Shown here: positions 13,930 to 29,027 of the stretch, one piece after another
Layout: every line of letters begins with the position of its first letter
How positions within the stretch are numbered: the first letter of the stretch is position 1
Assembly (NCBI RefSeq): GCF_006345805.1
Contig: NC_043022.1
Span: forward strand, 10,726,001 to 10,790,000
DNA from: Octopus sinensis
Taxonomy: Eukaryota
Reading direction: 5' to 3'
DNA length: 64,000 nt
Notes under the pieces: model-generated
What the model saw: only the letters and a program-made list of their open reading frames with translations
What the model was told of the DNA's origin: nothing
The model's database searches: none
Translations under genes and position numbers: made by a program

Positions 13930-14740
13930 TTCAGACAACTTCACCACACAGCCTCTTTTGCCACAGCCACTGAGCAGAGAAAGATCTGCTTTTCTTCTCT
14001 CCTAAGGGAAGGTGGTGAATTGATCTTCACTATACACTTAGCAGACAGTTGAATTTGTCTTACACACAACAATGGTTGCATGCCTGTGATTCAGTACCAG
14101 GCAATGGCTCTCATGATTCATGTTATCATGTGCATGTTTTATTTTGGTATAAAAGATGGGCTTCAGAAAAATCTTCTGCTCAACACCACAGATTTGCTTG
14201 TCAGTTGCTTGACCTTAACCAGTTGAGCATGCCCCTTAATAGTTGAAAATATGTGCATCTCTGATCACGAGCAGAAGTAGTGGAGAAGCATCATAGCCAT
14301 GTGTTGTGAGGAATTCTTTCGGGTTTGAATAATTTACCTCTGGAAATATGGGTGTTTGGTTCAACATCCTTAAACAGCTCTTATTCAAGTACCTTTTGAA
14401 TGGGATAGGCTCCTCAACCTGAAGATAGGCTCCTCAACTTGAGTTGCCAGTCCACGATCCACTGCTGCATTGTGTCCAGGTCTGCTTGCAATAGAGATCT
14501 ATAGTGTACAGGATTTGACCTCTTTATTTCGAGGTCCCCTTGCAAGGTCATGTGCTGTTTATCTTGATGTGAAATCACCATGTTGTGCACATATGGTAGT
14601 GATGCATGTGCCTAGAATACCCTTATCAGATGGGTAGTCATGATGGGTATGCTGGGCTTTGTATATTTTTACTCCAGTATCACTTTGATGGCATGCACTG
14701 CTCTCTTACTCAATAATCATAACAGTAATAATAATGATTA
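13930..14740 (+). mobile_element. Unclassified retroposon 3'-UTR-like repeat ending in (AAT)n
   Basis: Non-coding segment ending ..ggcatgcactgctctcttactcaataatcataac..(aat)n; carries a 98-bp copy of the neighbouring CR1 at 14438-14535. Confidence 0.45.
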
Positions 14741-16379
14741 ATGGTTTCAGTTTTTGATATAAGGTCAGCAATTTGGGGTTGGGGAGGGGTTAAGTCAATT
14801 ACTTCAACTCCAGTGATCAATTGATACTTATTCTATTGAGCCCTGAAAGGATAAAAGGCAAATTTGATCTTGGTGGAATTTGAACTCAGAATGTAAAGAC
14901 AAATGAAATGCTGTTAATGATTCTGCTGTGCCAATGCTTCTGGTGTCCTAATGATTCTGCCAGCTTGCTGCCTTAATGATGATGATGATGATGATGATGA
15001 GGATGAGGATGGTGATGATGATGGTGGTGGTGGTGGTGGTTTCAAATTTTGTCACAAGGGTAGAAATTTGTGGAGAGGGGATGAATCGATTATATTGACC
15101 CCAGTGTTCAACTGGTTCTAATTTTATTGACCCTGAAAGGATGGAAGGTGAAGTGAACCTTGGTGGAATTTGAACTCATAACGTAGCGACAGGTGAAATA
15201 CTGCTAAACATTTCATCTGGTGCATTAACGATTCTGTCAGTTTGCCGCCTTAAATATTAATAATAATTGGCTATCACCATCATCACCATTGTCATCATCC
15301 CACCACCACCATCATCATCACTACCACCACCACAATCATCAGGACCATCGCCACCACCACCATCACCACCACCATTATCACCACCACCATTATTATCACC
15401 ACCACCCACACACTACCACCATCATCCCCACCACCACTCTCATTGTCAGAATCATCATCATCACCGACACCACCACTACCACCACCATCCCTATCACCAC
15501 CAGCATCATCGTCGTCGTCATCGTCATCATCATCATCATCACCACCACCACCACCAACACCATCACCAATACCATCATCATCAGTGCCATCATGTGCAGC
15601 ACTATCCCAGCAAGAACTGACAAGGAGCAAGTCCCCTCCTCCCACAATCCAGTGATGTCAAACTGCTCCTAAACCCCCCACTCCTTCCCCACCTCCCTGT
15701 GACATGTCAAGACTCCGAGAGAAGCTGACAAACACAACAAGAGACAATGATGAAGAAGAAACCCGTCTTAAAAATAGAAACTGTTTCATTCTGTCCTTTT
15801 GTTTAATGAATTTCTCATAAGATAACAGTTTGCAAGAATGGTAAATGGTTATAATGACGACACTGCCGGTGGTGGTGGTGGCGGCGGCGGCGGTGGTGGT
15901 GGTGGTGGTGGTAGTACTGGTAGAAGCATTAAGGATGGTGATGTGGTGGAGATAGTTGTGGGAAGTTTGTGATGACAGTGGTGGCAGGCGATGGCGGTGG
16001 AAGTGGTAGTGATAGCGGTATGGTGGGGGTGGGGTAGTGAAAGTATTGGGAGTGTTGGTATGATATTGGTGTCCTGGTAGTGGTGGCTGTGATGCATTGG
16101 TGACAGTTGTGGTGGTGATGGTTATGGTGGTGGTGGCGGCGATGGTCATGGTGATGGTCATGGTGGTGGTGGCGGCGATGGTCATGGCGTTGATGGCAGT
16201 GACAGTGGTAGTGGTGGTGGTGGTGGCAGTGATGGAAGTAGTGGTGGTAGTAGTGGTTGTGGCGATGGTGCCGTTGGTTATGGTTGTGATGGTGGAGGTG
16301 GTGGTGGTGGTGCTGTTGATGGCGGTGGTGTTTTTTTAATTTATTTTTGCTTGTTTAAATCTAGAGGAAGTGGCAGTAC

Positions 16380-16790
16380 CCTTGACCTTTGCAGACCCTT
16401 TGAAACCAGTAGGTTTGGCACCTTTAATGTTCCATTAAAACTGTTGCAAGTCAACAACTGCAGGAAACACATGAGTTGAGAGCAGATTCCAGAGGATACA
16501 ATGTTCTAAGGATGAAGCACTAAGCATAGTGCTTAGTGCAGAACCCAGGATGGGATATGGGTGCAAGGGTGACAAAAAATAGAGAGTTGGGGATTCATGG
16601 ACGAAGGAGGGACCAGACTAGTCTTTCTTGAGGAAAAAAGGCCATTATAGTGGTAAAAGAAATGCTGGCCTATAAGTATACGGTCTTCCCATTTGAGGAA
16701 ACAATGGGCCAGAAGATGGAGTATGTCTATGATTTAATGCCAATTAAATGATGAAGTCCAGGATGTCTGTGTACCATGATCACATTGTCT
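16380..16790 (-). mobile_element. Decayed L2/Crack-like LINE 3' fragment
   Basis: Minus-strand remnants HP..TKHYA*CFILRTL..WNLLSTHVFP resemble L2/CR1 C-termini; many stops and frameshifts. Confidence 0.45.
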
Positions 16791-17399
16791 TTTCGTCTGA
16801 AATTGTGTCCACTGGCTACATTATCCAATGTATTCTTTCATAAAGGTAAGCATTGAGAGAGATTTAGCTGTTATTTCTAGCAGTTGAGTTTGTTATTGGT
16901 GGTGATATACAAGGTAGTTTGATATGAGTTCATTTAGTGTTGATGGTCATGGCACAACCGTTTGTGTTGGACAAAATACTTTGAGGTATTTTTTATGACT
17001 GGCGGCGAGCTGGCAGAAACATTAGCAAACTGGGCGAAGTGCTTAGCGGTATTTCGTCTGCTGCTGCGTTCTGAGTTCAAATTCCGCCGAGGTCGACTTT
17101 GCCTTTTATCCTTTCGGGGTCGATTAAATAAGTACCAGTTACGCACTGGGGTCGATATAATCGACTTAATCTGTTTGTTTGTCCTCTCTGTGTTTAGCCC
17201 CTTGTGGGTAGTAAAGAAATAGGTATTTCTTATGACTAGAGTCAGGGCATTTAGCATAAATGTCTTAAATGCCTATAACACCTTAAATGCTTAGAACACC
17301 ATAAATGGTGATATAATGCCATGAATGCCTCTATAATGCCTGTTATTTAATGGTCACCAATCATCAGGAAATGCATCCAGTTCTGTCGCTGTTTCTGTT

Positions 17400-19160
<1,761 letters not shown>

Positions 19161-20029
19161 ATGTTTTTGGATGCTGCTGTTTAGCATTGTTTTGTTAGTT
19201 TTATTTTATTTCTATTTTTACAAAGTGTGCTCTCTTTTCTATCTCTTTTTTGGATTTGGTTTGCAAGATTCTTTATATGAGTTCGTTTGTTGAAGCATAT
19301 TCTGCTGTATTTGGGGAGAGTCATTCTCTTTTAGTGCCTTATTATTTAACACACTCACTGGTAAAATTTCCACTTTTTCTTTCTTTTCTTTTTTCTTTTT
19401 TTTTCTTTTTATATTTTTTCTATCTCTGTTTTCTTATTAAAACTTTTCTGTTTCATGTGGATTATAAATTCCATTAATTGAATAGTACAAAATTATGTTA
19501 CCTTATGGGTTAAATTCCTATTTTAGTGCCCTAATTGCCTGAATGCCTTAATATCCTGACCTTAGTTATGATTTTACATTTTGAGTTCAATTCCCACTGG
19601 AATAAAATCTGTTTTTTACCACCACCCTGGAGGTCAATAAAATATGGTGTCAGTCAAGTGCTTTGGTTGATGGTATTGACTAATCTCCATTGTTAAAAGA
19701 CTGCTGGCATTTTACAAAATAAAATGACATTAAAAGCTGCAAAAAAGAAGGTCAGTACTAAAAATTTCACCATAACCAGGGCTATATTCGAATACTAAGC
19801 CTGAATCTTTCAGAAAATGCAGGCACACAGAGAATTTAATTCTACTAAACTGAGTATAGCCCCCCTGAGAGGTGTGTGTGTTGTGAGATTATCATGAACA
19901 CTCTCACATGACTGAAAATGGACTTAATGATTACAATAAATAAGAACTGAGTAGTTGACGGGTGTTAGTTTGACCCATGTTGGTTGACCATATTAGTTTG
20001 ACATGTGTTGGTTTAACAGTCAATACTCT

Positions 20030-20257
20030 TTTACTCTTTTACTTGTTTCAGTTATTTGACTATGGCCATGCTGGAATACTGCCTTTAGTTGAGCAAATCG
20101 ACCCCAGGACTTATTCTTTGGAAGCCTAGTACTTATTCTATCGGTCTCTTTTACTGAACCGCTAAGTTACGGGGACGTAAGCACATCAGCATTGGTTGTC
20201 AAGCGATTTTGAGGGGACAAACACAGACACACAAACACACACACACACCACACATAC

Positions 20258-20320
<63 letters not shown>

Positions 20321-20483
20321 GACGGGCTTCTTTCAGTTTCTGTCTACCAAATCCACTCACAGGGCTTTGGTCGGCCTGAGGCTATAGTAGAAGACACTTG
20401 ACCAAGGTGCCACGCAGTGGGACTGAACCCGGAGCCATGTGGTTCATAAGCAAGCTACTTACCACACAGCCACTCCTACGCCT
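20030..20483 (-). mobile_element. Family 1 SINE, near full length
   Basis: Reverse complement of the same head, core and tail. Further copies at 25268-25735 (-), 28200-28415 (-, internal deletion) and 23685-24005 (+). Confidence 0.88.
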
Positions 20484-20512
20484 GTTGAACAATGAATACT
20501 GGGTATTGTACC

Positions 20513-20825
20513 TATTCTGTTGTGTCTGGGGAGAGTCATTTTCTTTTTGTGCCTTATAATATAACACACTCACTGGTAAAATTTCCACTTATTTCTTATT
20601 TTTATTTTCCTAAAATTTTCGTTGCGTCTTGCAACCTCTTCAATAGTTTGCAAGACGCAATGAAAATTTTGGGAAAATAAAAATAAGAAAAAAGTGGAAA
20701 TTTTACCAGTGATTGTGTTATATTATAAGGCACAAAAAGAAAATGACTCTCCCCAGACACAACAGAATATGCTTCAACACACGAACTCATATAAAGAATC
20801 TTGCAAACCAAATCCCAAAACGAAA
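20513..20825. mobile_element. Fold-back palindrome of a MITE-like repeat (two arms of about 122 bp) flanked by a 12-bp direct repeat
   Basis: Arms 20513-20634 and 20648-20769 are near-perfect reverse complements; tattgtacctat at 20504-20515 and 20826-20837; a single arm of the same repeat lies at about 19245-19400. Confidence 0.8.
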
Positions 20826-22375
20826 TATTGTACCTATGTTTGAGTTATATGGAGTGTGTTCTGTGTTAACATATATTTCTGTGACAGGTTATTTTTAGAT
20901 AACCATAACAAACTATTTATTTGTGTAATACCATTTTACACCAGATGTGTATACCCACATCATAACAGTGTGTGTATTAAGGAAGCATGTACTTGTATAC
21001 AGAGAAATTGGGTATTTAATACTCTGTTACACTGCATCTCTCCAATCTTACAATATTTGTTCAACCTTACAGAATCATTCATTTAATTCCATTGCTATCA
21101 AACCGCAAGTACATATCTTTTTTATGGATTGTAATTATTTAATTATAACATATCTAATTATAACATTTCTAACTGGAGATTACCAGAATACTTTGAATTC
21201 TCTAAATGTTAGTGAACAAAACATTCTCTCTGTACTTAATGGCACTTCAGTTAGTTGGCGTCATCTGAAGGTCTGAGGATTGATATTTAATTCAAGGTGG
21301 ATATTATGAAACTCTTAGTTGTGTTGTGGATTAACACAGCCTTTATTTTAATAGATACACATATATATCTTTTTAAACTCTATAATTCTTTATATTGAGT
21401 GCTCTTTGCTTTGACACAAGTAACTTGCTTAATCTATTACACACACACACACACACACACACATGTATATAAAAAAAGAACACAAACAGGCTAAGGTTCA
21501 TTACAGTTGTTTAAGATGTGTTTTTTTTATTGATGAATAAATTGGTTACATCATGTAAAAAAACTGTTTACTTCAGATGAATTAAAAATTAAAAATTTAC
21601 AATTTCCTTCAGAAAAAATACCAAGACATAGAACGTTTGTTGACCCTCTCATTTTGGTGACAAATAAGAGAGTATATGTGTTTGTGAGTGTGTGTGCTTG
21701 TGTGTGTGTGTGTATGTGTGTGTGATTTTGTGTTTGAATGTGTGTTTGTGTGTGTGTATGTGTGGGTTTGCAAGTGTTTGTGTGCTTGTGAGTGTGTGTG
21801 TGTATTTGTGTATGTGTATGTGTGTGTTTGTGTATGTGTATGTGTGTGTTTGTGAGAGTGTATGTTTGTGAGTGTAAGTATGTGTGTTAGTGTGTTTGTG
21901 TGTGTGAGTGCGTGTGTGTGTGTGTGTGTGTGCGTGCGTGTGTGCAGGAATGTGTGCAGGAATGTAAGCTAAAGTGTATGAGCATGAGAACTTTTCCTTT
22001 TCTTTTGTCTTCAGAAAACACACTCCAGCTTCATTGTGAAAACTAAACAAAGTGTTTAAACTGTAGGTTTTTCTTTTTTTCTTCATGGCCACAAGAAGAG
22101 ATTATTCTGATAGCGTCAACATTTATTAACATCTCATTAGAAAATGGTGGATATTTACTTAAAAAAATGAAAGAAAATTTTAGTGTTATTTTTTGTACAT
22201 TAAGACTAAATGGAACATTAAATTAAATAAACTTGCATATACAGGTGCAGTTGTGGTTGCGTGGTAAGAAGTTTGCTTTCCAACCACATGGCTTCAAGTT
22301 CAGTCCCACTGCATAGCACCTTGGCCAAGAGTCTTCTTGTGAGTGACTTTGATAGATGAAAACTGGAAGGAGATG

Positions 22376-23541
22376 ATATAATACTCCCCTTCTTATTCTA
22401 CAATGCTCTTTCATTTATCTGGTAGACTTGCAAGGCCCCTCTTCCAAAATTCACTTGTCCATCATGAAAAATAATCCTCCAGTACTGTTCTGACCTTGTC
22501 TACAGAATTCATATTTTTTCTGTTTTGAAGACTATGGAATAAATGATAATCAGATGGGGCAATGTCCAGTGAATATGGTGGGTGGGGCATTGTTTTCCAT
22601 TCAAACTGCTCCAACCTTTGGAATGTCATCCTCGCTGTATGTGGCTGAGCATCATCCTGATGGAAGAACACCTTTCGTCTTGAAACCAAATGTAGCCATT
22701 TTTCTTCTAGTGCTGACTTAAACCACTCAGGTTGCTCACAGTAGATCTCCTTTGTTACCATTTGATTTGGATTTAAAAGTTCAATGTGGACTAAACCTTT
22801 CATATTCCACCAAACAGATAACAACACCTTATGTAGGTGAAGACCTTCTTTAGCCTGGGATGCTGGTATTTCTCCTTTTCCTATCTACTGTCTTTGGCGC
22901 TAGACATTGTTACAGAGAACCCATTTCTTGTCACCAGTTACTATTTGGTCTGAAAAAGGTTCATTCGTGAGATGTGAAAGCAAAGAAGAGCACACATTCA
23001 CTCTCTGTGCATGATTAGACTTGGAAAGTTTATGAGGAACCTATTTATCCAGTTTGCTGACTTTTCCAATGGCATGCAGGTGATGATGAATGGTTGAATG
23101 ATGAAATCCAACCTTTTCTGCTAGTTCCTCAACAGTTACAATGGCATTTTGTTCCACCTGTGTTTGTAGGACATCCTCATCGCACTCTACAGATCTTCCA
23201 GGACAAGGCTCATCTTCTTGGCTGTAGTTTCCAGCTTGAAATTTCTAGAACCACCATTGACACTGGCTTATGCTTATTGTCTGATCCCCATATACTGCAT
23301 TAATATTCCTTGCATTTTCCTTTGCATTGCTGCTTTTATTGAACTCATAAAGCAAAATATGCTGAATATACTCCTTTGTCAGTTCCATTATAGCTTTGAA
23401 AAAATAACTGTTAAAATGGAACTGCACTCTTCAAAACTTGCTCTAAAAATAAGAAGTTGATGCAGGTAGTTTATCCCATTCCCCTCCAACTTTTAGTGCA
23501 TGCAATTGAAAGAACCACATTATTTATGGGATGACCCAATA
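22376..23541 (-). mobile_element. Mariner (DD34D) transposon relic with one TIR
   Basis: MELTKEYIQHILLYEF..; LSVWWNMKG..FHQDDAQPHTA..HPPYSLDIAPSDYHLF; 5' TIR tattgggtcatcccataaataat at 23541-23519. Confidence 0.9.
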
Positions 23542-23771
23542 TATCGTAAATAAATCATAAATCCAAAAGAGAAGCACACTCTGTGTTATAGAGCAGAATA
23601 GTAATTAGACAAATATAGTATGGCTGGTTTATGGAGTTACTCTGAGTTTCATGTCCATAAGGCACTTAGCTTTACAGAGTTTCTTCAGGCCCTAATGGCT
23701 GGTGGTCTATAACCTCTCATCAAAGTGGAGGGAAAAAAGACCTTGTGGCTAATTGTTGAACACATGTACAA

Positions 23772-23810
<39 letters not shown>

Positions 23811-24594
23811 GTGTGCATTTGTCTTTGTTTTTGTCCCCCACCACTGCTTCATAACTAGTTTTGGTTCGTTTACATCCCTGTAACTTAGCAGTTCAACAAA
23901 AGAGACCAATAGTACTGGGGGTGATTTGTTCACCTAAATCCTTCAAGGTGGTGGCCCAGCATGGCTGCAGTCCAGTGACTGAGACAAGTGAAATACAAAA
24001 GACAAAAGATTCAAGATTTTATTTTACTCTCTCTAAGAATTAACTACTTTCATTGTTTATCTAATTAATTAATATTCCTACAACCACTGTGTTTTAATGG
24101 TTCATTATAATGATATTGAAAGAAAATACATCAGACAACTTACTGAATAACCAAACACAAACATTATTCACAGAATCATTTATAATCACAGGCGGACTGT
24201 CTGATGCATAATTATGTACTGTAACTTTCCACTTGGCTTCCTAAATGGGTAATATTTATTAGTTTCTAAAATAAGGTGATACATAACAAGTTAACAATGT
24301 GTAAATTTGAATCTTTATTAATCTTTAGGTGTAAATCTGTAAATAACTCAAAGAAAATTTTTTCTTTTTTTTCTGAAGCTATCAAAACTGATGTTCTTTC
24401 ACCAGACTGTAAAGTATTGGACATACCATGCAATAAACATAAGATGTACAAGTTGCACAACATCAATATATCTTCAAACAGACTGTTTGCCTTTATAAAG
24501 GTTTCATTTTTTATTCTCTTTGTAGTAAGGAAAGGAGATTGCTTTGACTGATGTGAACATCTACATTAACACCTTCATCAGAAGTCACATCTGC

Positions 24595-24651
<57 letters not shown>

Positions 24652-24658
24652 ATATATA

Positions 24659-24749
<91 letters not shown>

Positions 24750-25002
24750 TAGATATTACATACTAATATATAATTATATCAAAGGTGTGGATAAATCCAA
24801 CCAATACACTAGAAATAGATGCCAAATGGTTCTAAAAATCACATCAATACTCTGGAGTATAGATGTGGTTGTTAGAGCCATTTGGTATCTATTTCTAGCG
24901 TGTTGGTTGGGTTTATCTGCACCCTTGATATAATTATATTATATAATGATAAATTAGTGTAAATTTTTGATAAAATCATTAAAGTGATTTTATCCTTAAT
25001 TT

Positions 25003-25039
<37 letters not shown>

Positions 25040-25503
25040 GTCCCTGTAACTTAACGGTTTGGCAAAAGACACTGATAGAATAAGTCCTGGGTCAAATTAT
25101 TTGACTAAAGGGTGGTGCTACAGCATGGCTGCAGTCAAATTACTGAAACAAGTAAAAGAGTAAAAGAGAATATACATATATATATAAATTCGATGGGGGT
25201 AAAAACCTTGTAGTTTCCAGTGTTTCTAGAATAATAATAATATTAATAATTGACATGATGTGCTCTCTCTTACTCTTTTACTTATTTCAGTCATTTGACT
25301 GCGGCCATGCTGGAACACCGCCTTTAGTTGAGCAAGTCGACCCCAGGACTTATTCTTTGTAAGCCTTGTACTTATTCTATCGGACTCTTTTGCCGACCCG
25401 CTAAGTTATGGGGATGAAAGTACACCACCATCGGTTGTCAAGCGATGTTGGGGGGGGGGGACAAACACAGACACACAAACATATACATATATATGTATGT
25501 ATG

Positions 25504-25573
<70 letters not shown>

Positions 25574-25982
25574 TACGACAGGCTTCTTTCAGTTTCCGTC
25601 TACAAAATCCACTCACAAGGTTTTGGTTGGCCCAAGGCTATAGTATAAGACATTTGCCTAAGGTGCCACGCAGTGGGACTGAACCCGGAACCATGTGGCT
25701 GGTAAGCAAGCTACTTACCACACAGCCACTCCTGCTAATTAATATTTTATATAATGCTTCAGTAATATTCCTACAAGTGAATATTTAGTGAAACAGTTGT
25801 AGTGTTATACACAAAGCATCTTGCTCAATCCATTTCCTGTTATTCACACACACACAAGCAACCCTCCCCCCACCCCACATGTTTATGAACTTGTATTGCA
25901 AGATTCTTGATGTGAAGTTGTGTGTTGAGACAGATATTGTATTTCGAGATGGTCATTTTTCCTTTTTTTTTACCAAAATAAC

Positions 25983-26223
25983 CACAGGCATTATATATTC
26001 ATTCTTCACTCATTTCTTACTGTTCTTATTTTCATTCATGTCCATTGTTTGGAAATCTTTCGTCATGCTCTAAGAATGGACTAAGTGGAGCAGGAGCTCA
26101 CACGAGGATAAAAAGTGTTGCTGAAGAGGTCACAGATGTGTGATGAAAGATTCCTGGACAATGGACATGAGTTGAAATAAGAACAGTAATAAATGAGTGA
26201 AGAATGACTATATAATGCCTGTG
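25983..26223. mobile_element. MITE-like element with 66-bp imperfect TIRs
   Basis: 25983-26048 cacaggcattatata..gtccattgt is the reverse complement of 26158-26223 with a few mismatches; no clear TSD. Confidence 0.65.
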
Positions 26224-26903
26224 TTCACTTATATACATACATACATGCATACACCCTCACACACATATACACACAGACACACACACACATACACACACAA
26301 TCAGTTATTTTGAACATGATGTTTCAAATCTATCACAACCAACATTTTTTTTTCTGCCAAATCTTGGAAATATGGGATATGTGAACCAAATTAAACCTGT
26401 TGAGTTCAACGCTGAAACATCAAAAGAAGTGTGCCTGCCACCTGCTTTCCGGGGTCTGTCTGTGGAAGAATGAAGGCAAAGTGACCGCTCTAAGTGCAAA
26501 CAGGTGCAGACTCTTAGAATTTCTGAAGCTATTCGTGCTTTTTGGTTATCATCTTACACATAATCCAGCCAACCAACCAACCAGCCAGCCAGCCAGCTAG
26601 CCAACAACAGCAGTTGTTGTAGTTGTTGTTAGTGCAGCTGTGTGTTAGAATCAGTGGAGCGCCAGACAGAGGAAGTTTATTTTCTATATCTAACAATTTG
26701 AGCGTCAGCCAAACCTAGTTCCAGCGTTAGTTTGCATCGTTTGTTTGTTTGTTTGTTTGTTGTTGTTATTGTTGTTGTTGTTGTTTAGTGTTCATGTCAG
26801 CCCTCATCCAACAGATCTGTTACCAGCCATGAGCATCGCATCTGTTATCGGCACCAGTATATATATATATATTGAGTGGTGAATTGGCAATATATATATA
26901 TAT

Positions 26904-27100
26904 ATATGAATAAATAAATGGAGTTTAACGGAGTAAAATGTCTTATTGACGAGTTTCGCTTTTTTCACTTTCCTGAGGAGAAGATTGCATTGTTTATACC
27001 ATTTATTCTTTTGAATGGTATCAGTGGAATTTTCGAAACATGTGTCGAAAGTAATAATATTTGATTACACCTGCGTTAAACTCCATTTATTTATTCATAT
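26904..27100. mobile_element. 197-bp inverted-repeat element (27-bp perfect TIRs) containing a hammerhead ribozyme; possibly Penelope-like-derived
   Basis: atatgaataaataaatggagtttaacg (26904-26930) and cgttaaactccatttatttattcatat (27074-27100); left flank is (TA)n. Confidence 0.75.
26967..27052 (+). ncRNA. Type I hammerhead ribozyme (minimal stem III), predicted cleavage after GUC at 27046
   Basis: Stem I ACTTTC (26967-72)/GAAAGT (27047-52); core CTGAGGA (26973-79); stem II GAAGATT/AATTTTC extended by CATTG/CAGTG and ATACCATT/AATGGTAT; GAAA (27035-38); stem III ACA-tg-TGT; cleavage triplet GTC. Confidence 0.8.
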
Positions 27101-27265
27101 ATTATTCAAAATATTCAACGTAAACACGAAGTTTCTACCTTTATAAACAAGGAGTTACAACATCTTTACTTGTGAGATTTTTGCTACCCTGGTAACTATT
27201 TATTTATTTTTTCCGTGTTAATTGTTAACAAGGTAAAAATACACTCATCTATTTATATATATATA

Positions 27266-27690
27266 TCTATATAAACGGCAGTTTGTCTTTCTGTGTGTCT
27301 GTGTGTCTGTCAGGTTGTAACCTCACCCTGACCATGGCTTTCAACCGATTCTGATGAAACTTGACACACACATAGCCCAATGTCATAATTCAAAACTAAC
27401 GCAGCGAAAATTTTGAAAAGCTCCCCCAGTTCTGAAAAAAATCGATAAATTCGACATGGGGTCGAGAATCTCAGCTTTTTACATTTTCTGTCTAGGGGAC
27501 ACAACTCAACCTTTTTATCGCCCAAAGGGACAGCTAGAAACATCGTATACACAGAAGTATTCGAGTGAAGAGAAGACATTGCAACCTACACATGCGCCTT
27601 CGTTCCCTAGAGGGAAAGGACTAGATTGGGATTAGTCGTTGCCTACTAGGGGCTCTTACATACCCGTGCAACACCGGGCTATGCTGCTAG
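27266..27690 (+). mobile_element. Non-autonomous Helitron (425 bp)
   Basis: A|TCTATATAAACGGCAGTTTGTC at the 5' end; CCCGTGCAACACCGGG hairpin + CTATGCTG-CTAG|T at the 3' end; in a TA tract. Confidence 0.85.
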
Positions 27691-27755
27691 TATATATATA
27701 TATATATGTATATACATACATAAAAAGCACATGTATATATATCTATATATATATC

Positions 27756-27806
<51 letters not shown>

Positions 27807-28728
27807 GACAAGCCACCTGTAGTTTACATCAAGTAAATTGTATCATATATTATTAATCAGTAGGAGTCTATAGTAGAAATCACTTACCCAGGGTGTCCTG
27901 CAGTGAGACCAAATTCAAGACCATCTGGTCTTAAAACCCTTAGCCATACTGTGTCTAATATCAATATTAATTGACTACCTGTTGAGCACTGGGGACAGTA
28001 TAGTTGGCTTAATCACACTCCTGAAATTACTGGCCTTGTGCCAAAATATGAAACTAATATTGATATCAATTTATAATGATTGTTGTGGTTGCAGACAGCC
28101 ATACAAATTACTTAATACCATTTAATTAGTTTGTGAATCTAATTCTCTGATAGTTGTGCAGTCAAGAAGAGCACTTTACAAATATATACTTTCTTTTATT
28201 CTCTTTTACTTGTTTCAGTCATTTGACTGCGGCCATGCTGGAGCACCGCCTTTAATCAAGCAACTCGACCCCGGGACTTATTCTTTGTAAGCCCAGTACT
28301 TATTCTATCGGTCTCTTTTGCCAAACCGTTAAGTAATGGGGACATAATTGGGACTGAACCCGGAAACATGTAGCTGATAGACAAGCTACTTACCACACAG
28401 CCACTCCTGCGCCTATATATATGCCAACAGTTTTAACCTTACAATGCTGGTTCTTTGGCCAAGTATTTTCTACTTTAGCATCAAGTTAACAAATACTTTG
28501 TAAGTGAAATTTAGTAGGTTAAAAACTGTGTGAAAACCTGTCATATATATTCCCAGGTGTAGCTCTATAGCCTTATGCAGCTGTACAGATGTCTGGAACA
28601 CATACATACATGCATGTATACATATATGCATACATATATACAAGCATACATACATACATGCATGCATACATACACACACATATACACACACATACACAGA
28701 TGCACATGCACACATACACACATACATA

Positions 28729-29027
28729 TCTTTATATATAAAAGTGAAGTTGTGTGTCTGTCTCCTACGATTTAGATTCCTAAATACTCCCACATTTTGC
28801 GGTGCAGTTTAACCAAAAGCGGGTATCTTATAGTCGTGATTCATATCGAGCCCTTCTGGGTATTAGCGTGCGTCTACAATGAGTCTATGATTTAAAAAAA
28901 AGTTTACTGTAATTTTTCCCATTTTTAATGCTCTTTTTTTTGCTATTATATAAGGGAAGTAACTCTCTAAAAATGCTTATATAGTTATTTCCCTTACAAA
29001 CCCGAGCAACGCCGGGCGATACTGCTA

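Larger units (their letters stand above)
26400..27700. promoter_or_regulatory. CpG-retaining region, possible promoter
   Basis: CpG clearly more frequent than in flanking DNA by inspection; ETS-like GGAAGT near 26673. No transcript evidence. Confidence 0.3.

Noticed and set aside
22462-22827. Domesticated mariner (SETMAR-like) gene
   Set aside because: It has stops and frameshifts, a TIR is adjacent, there is no SET domain, and a deleted sibling lies at 51140-51741.
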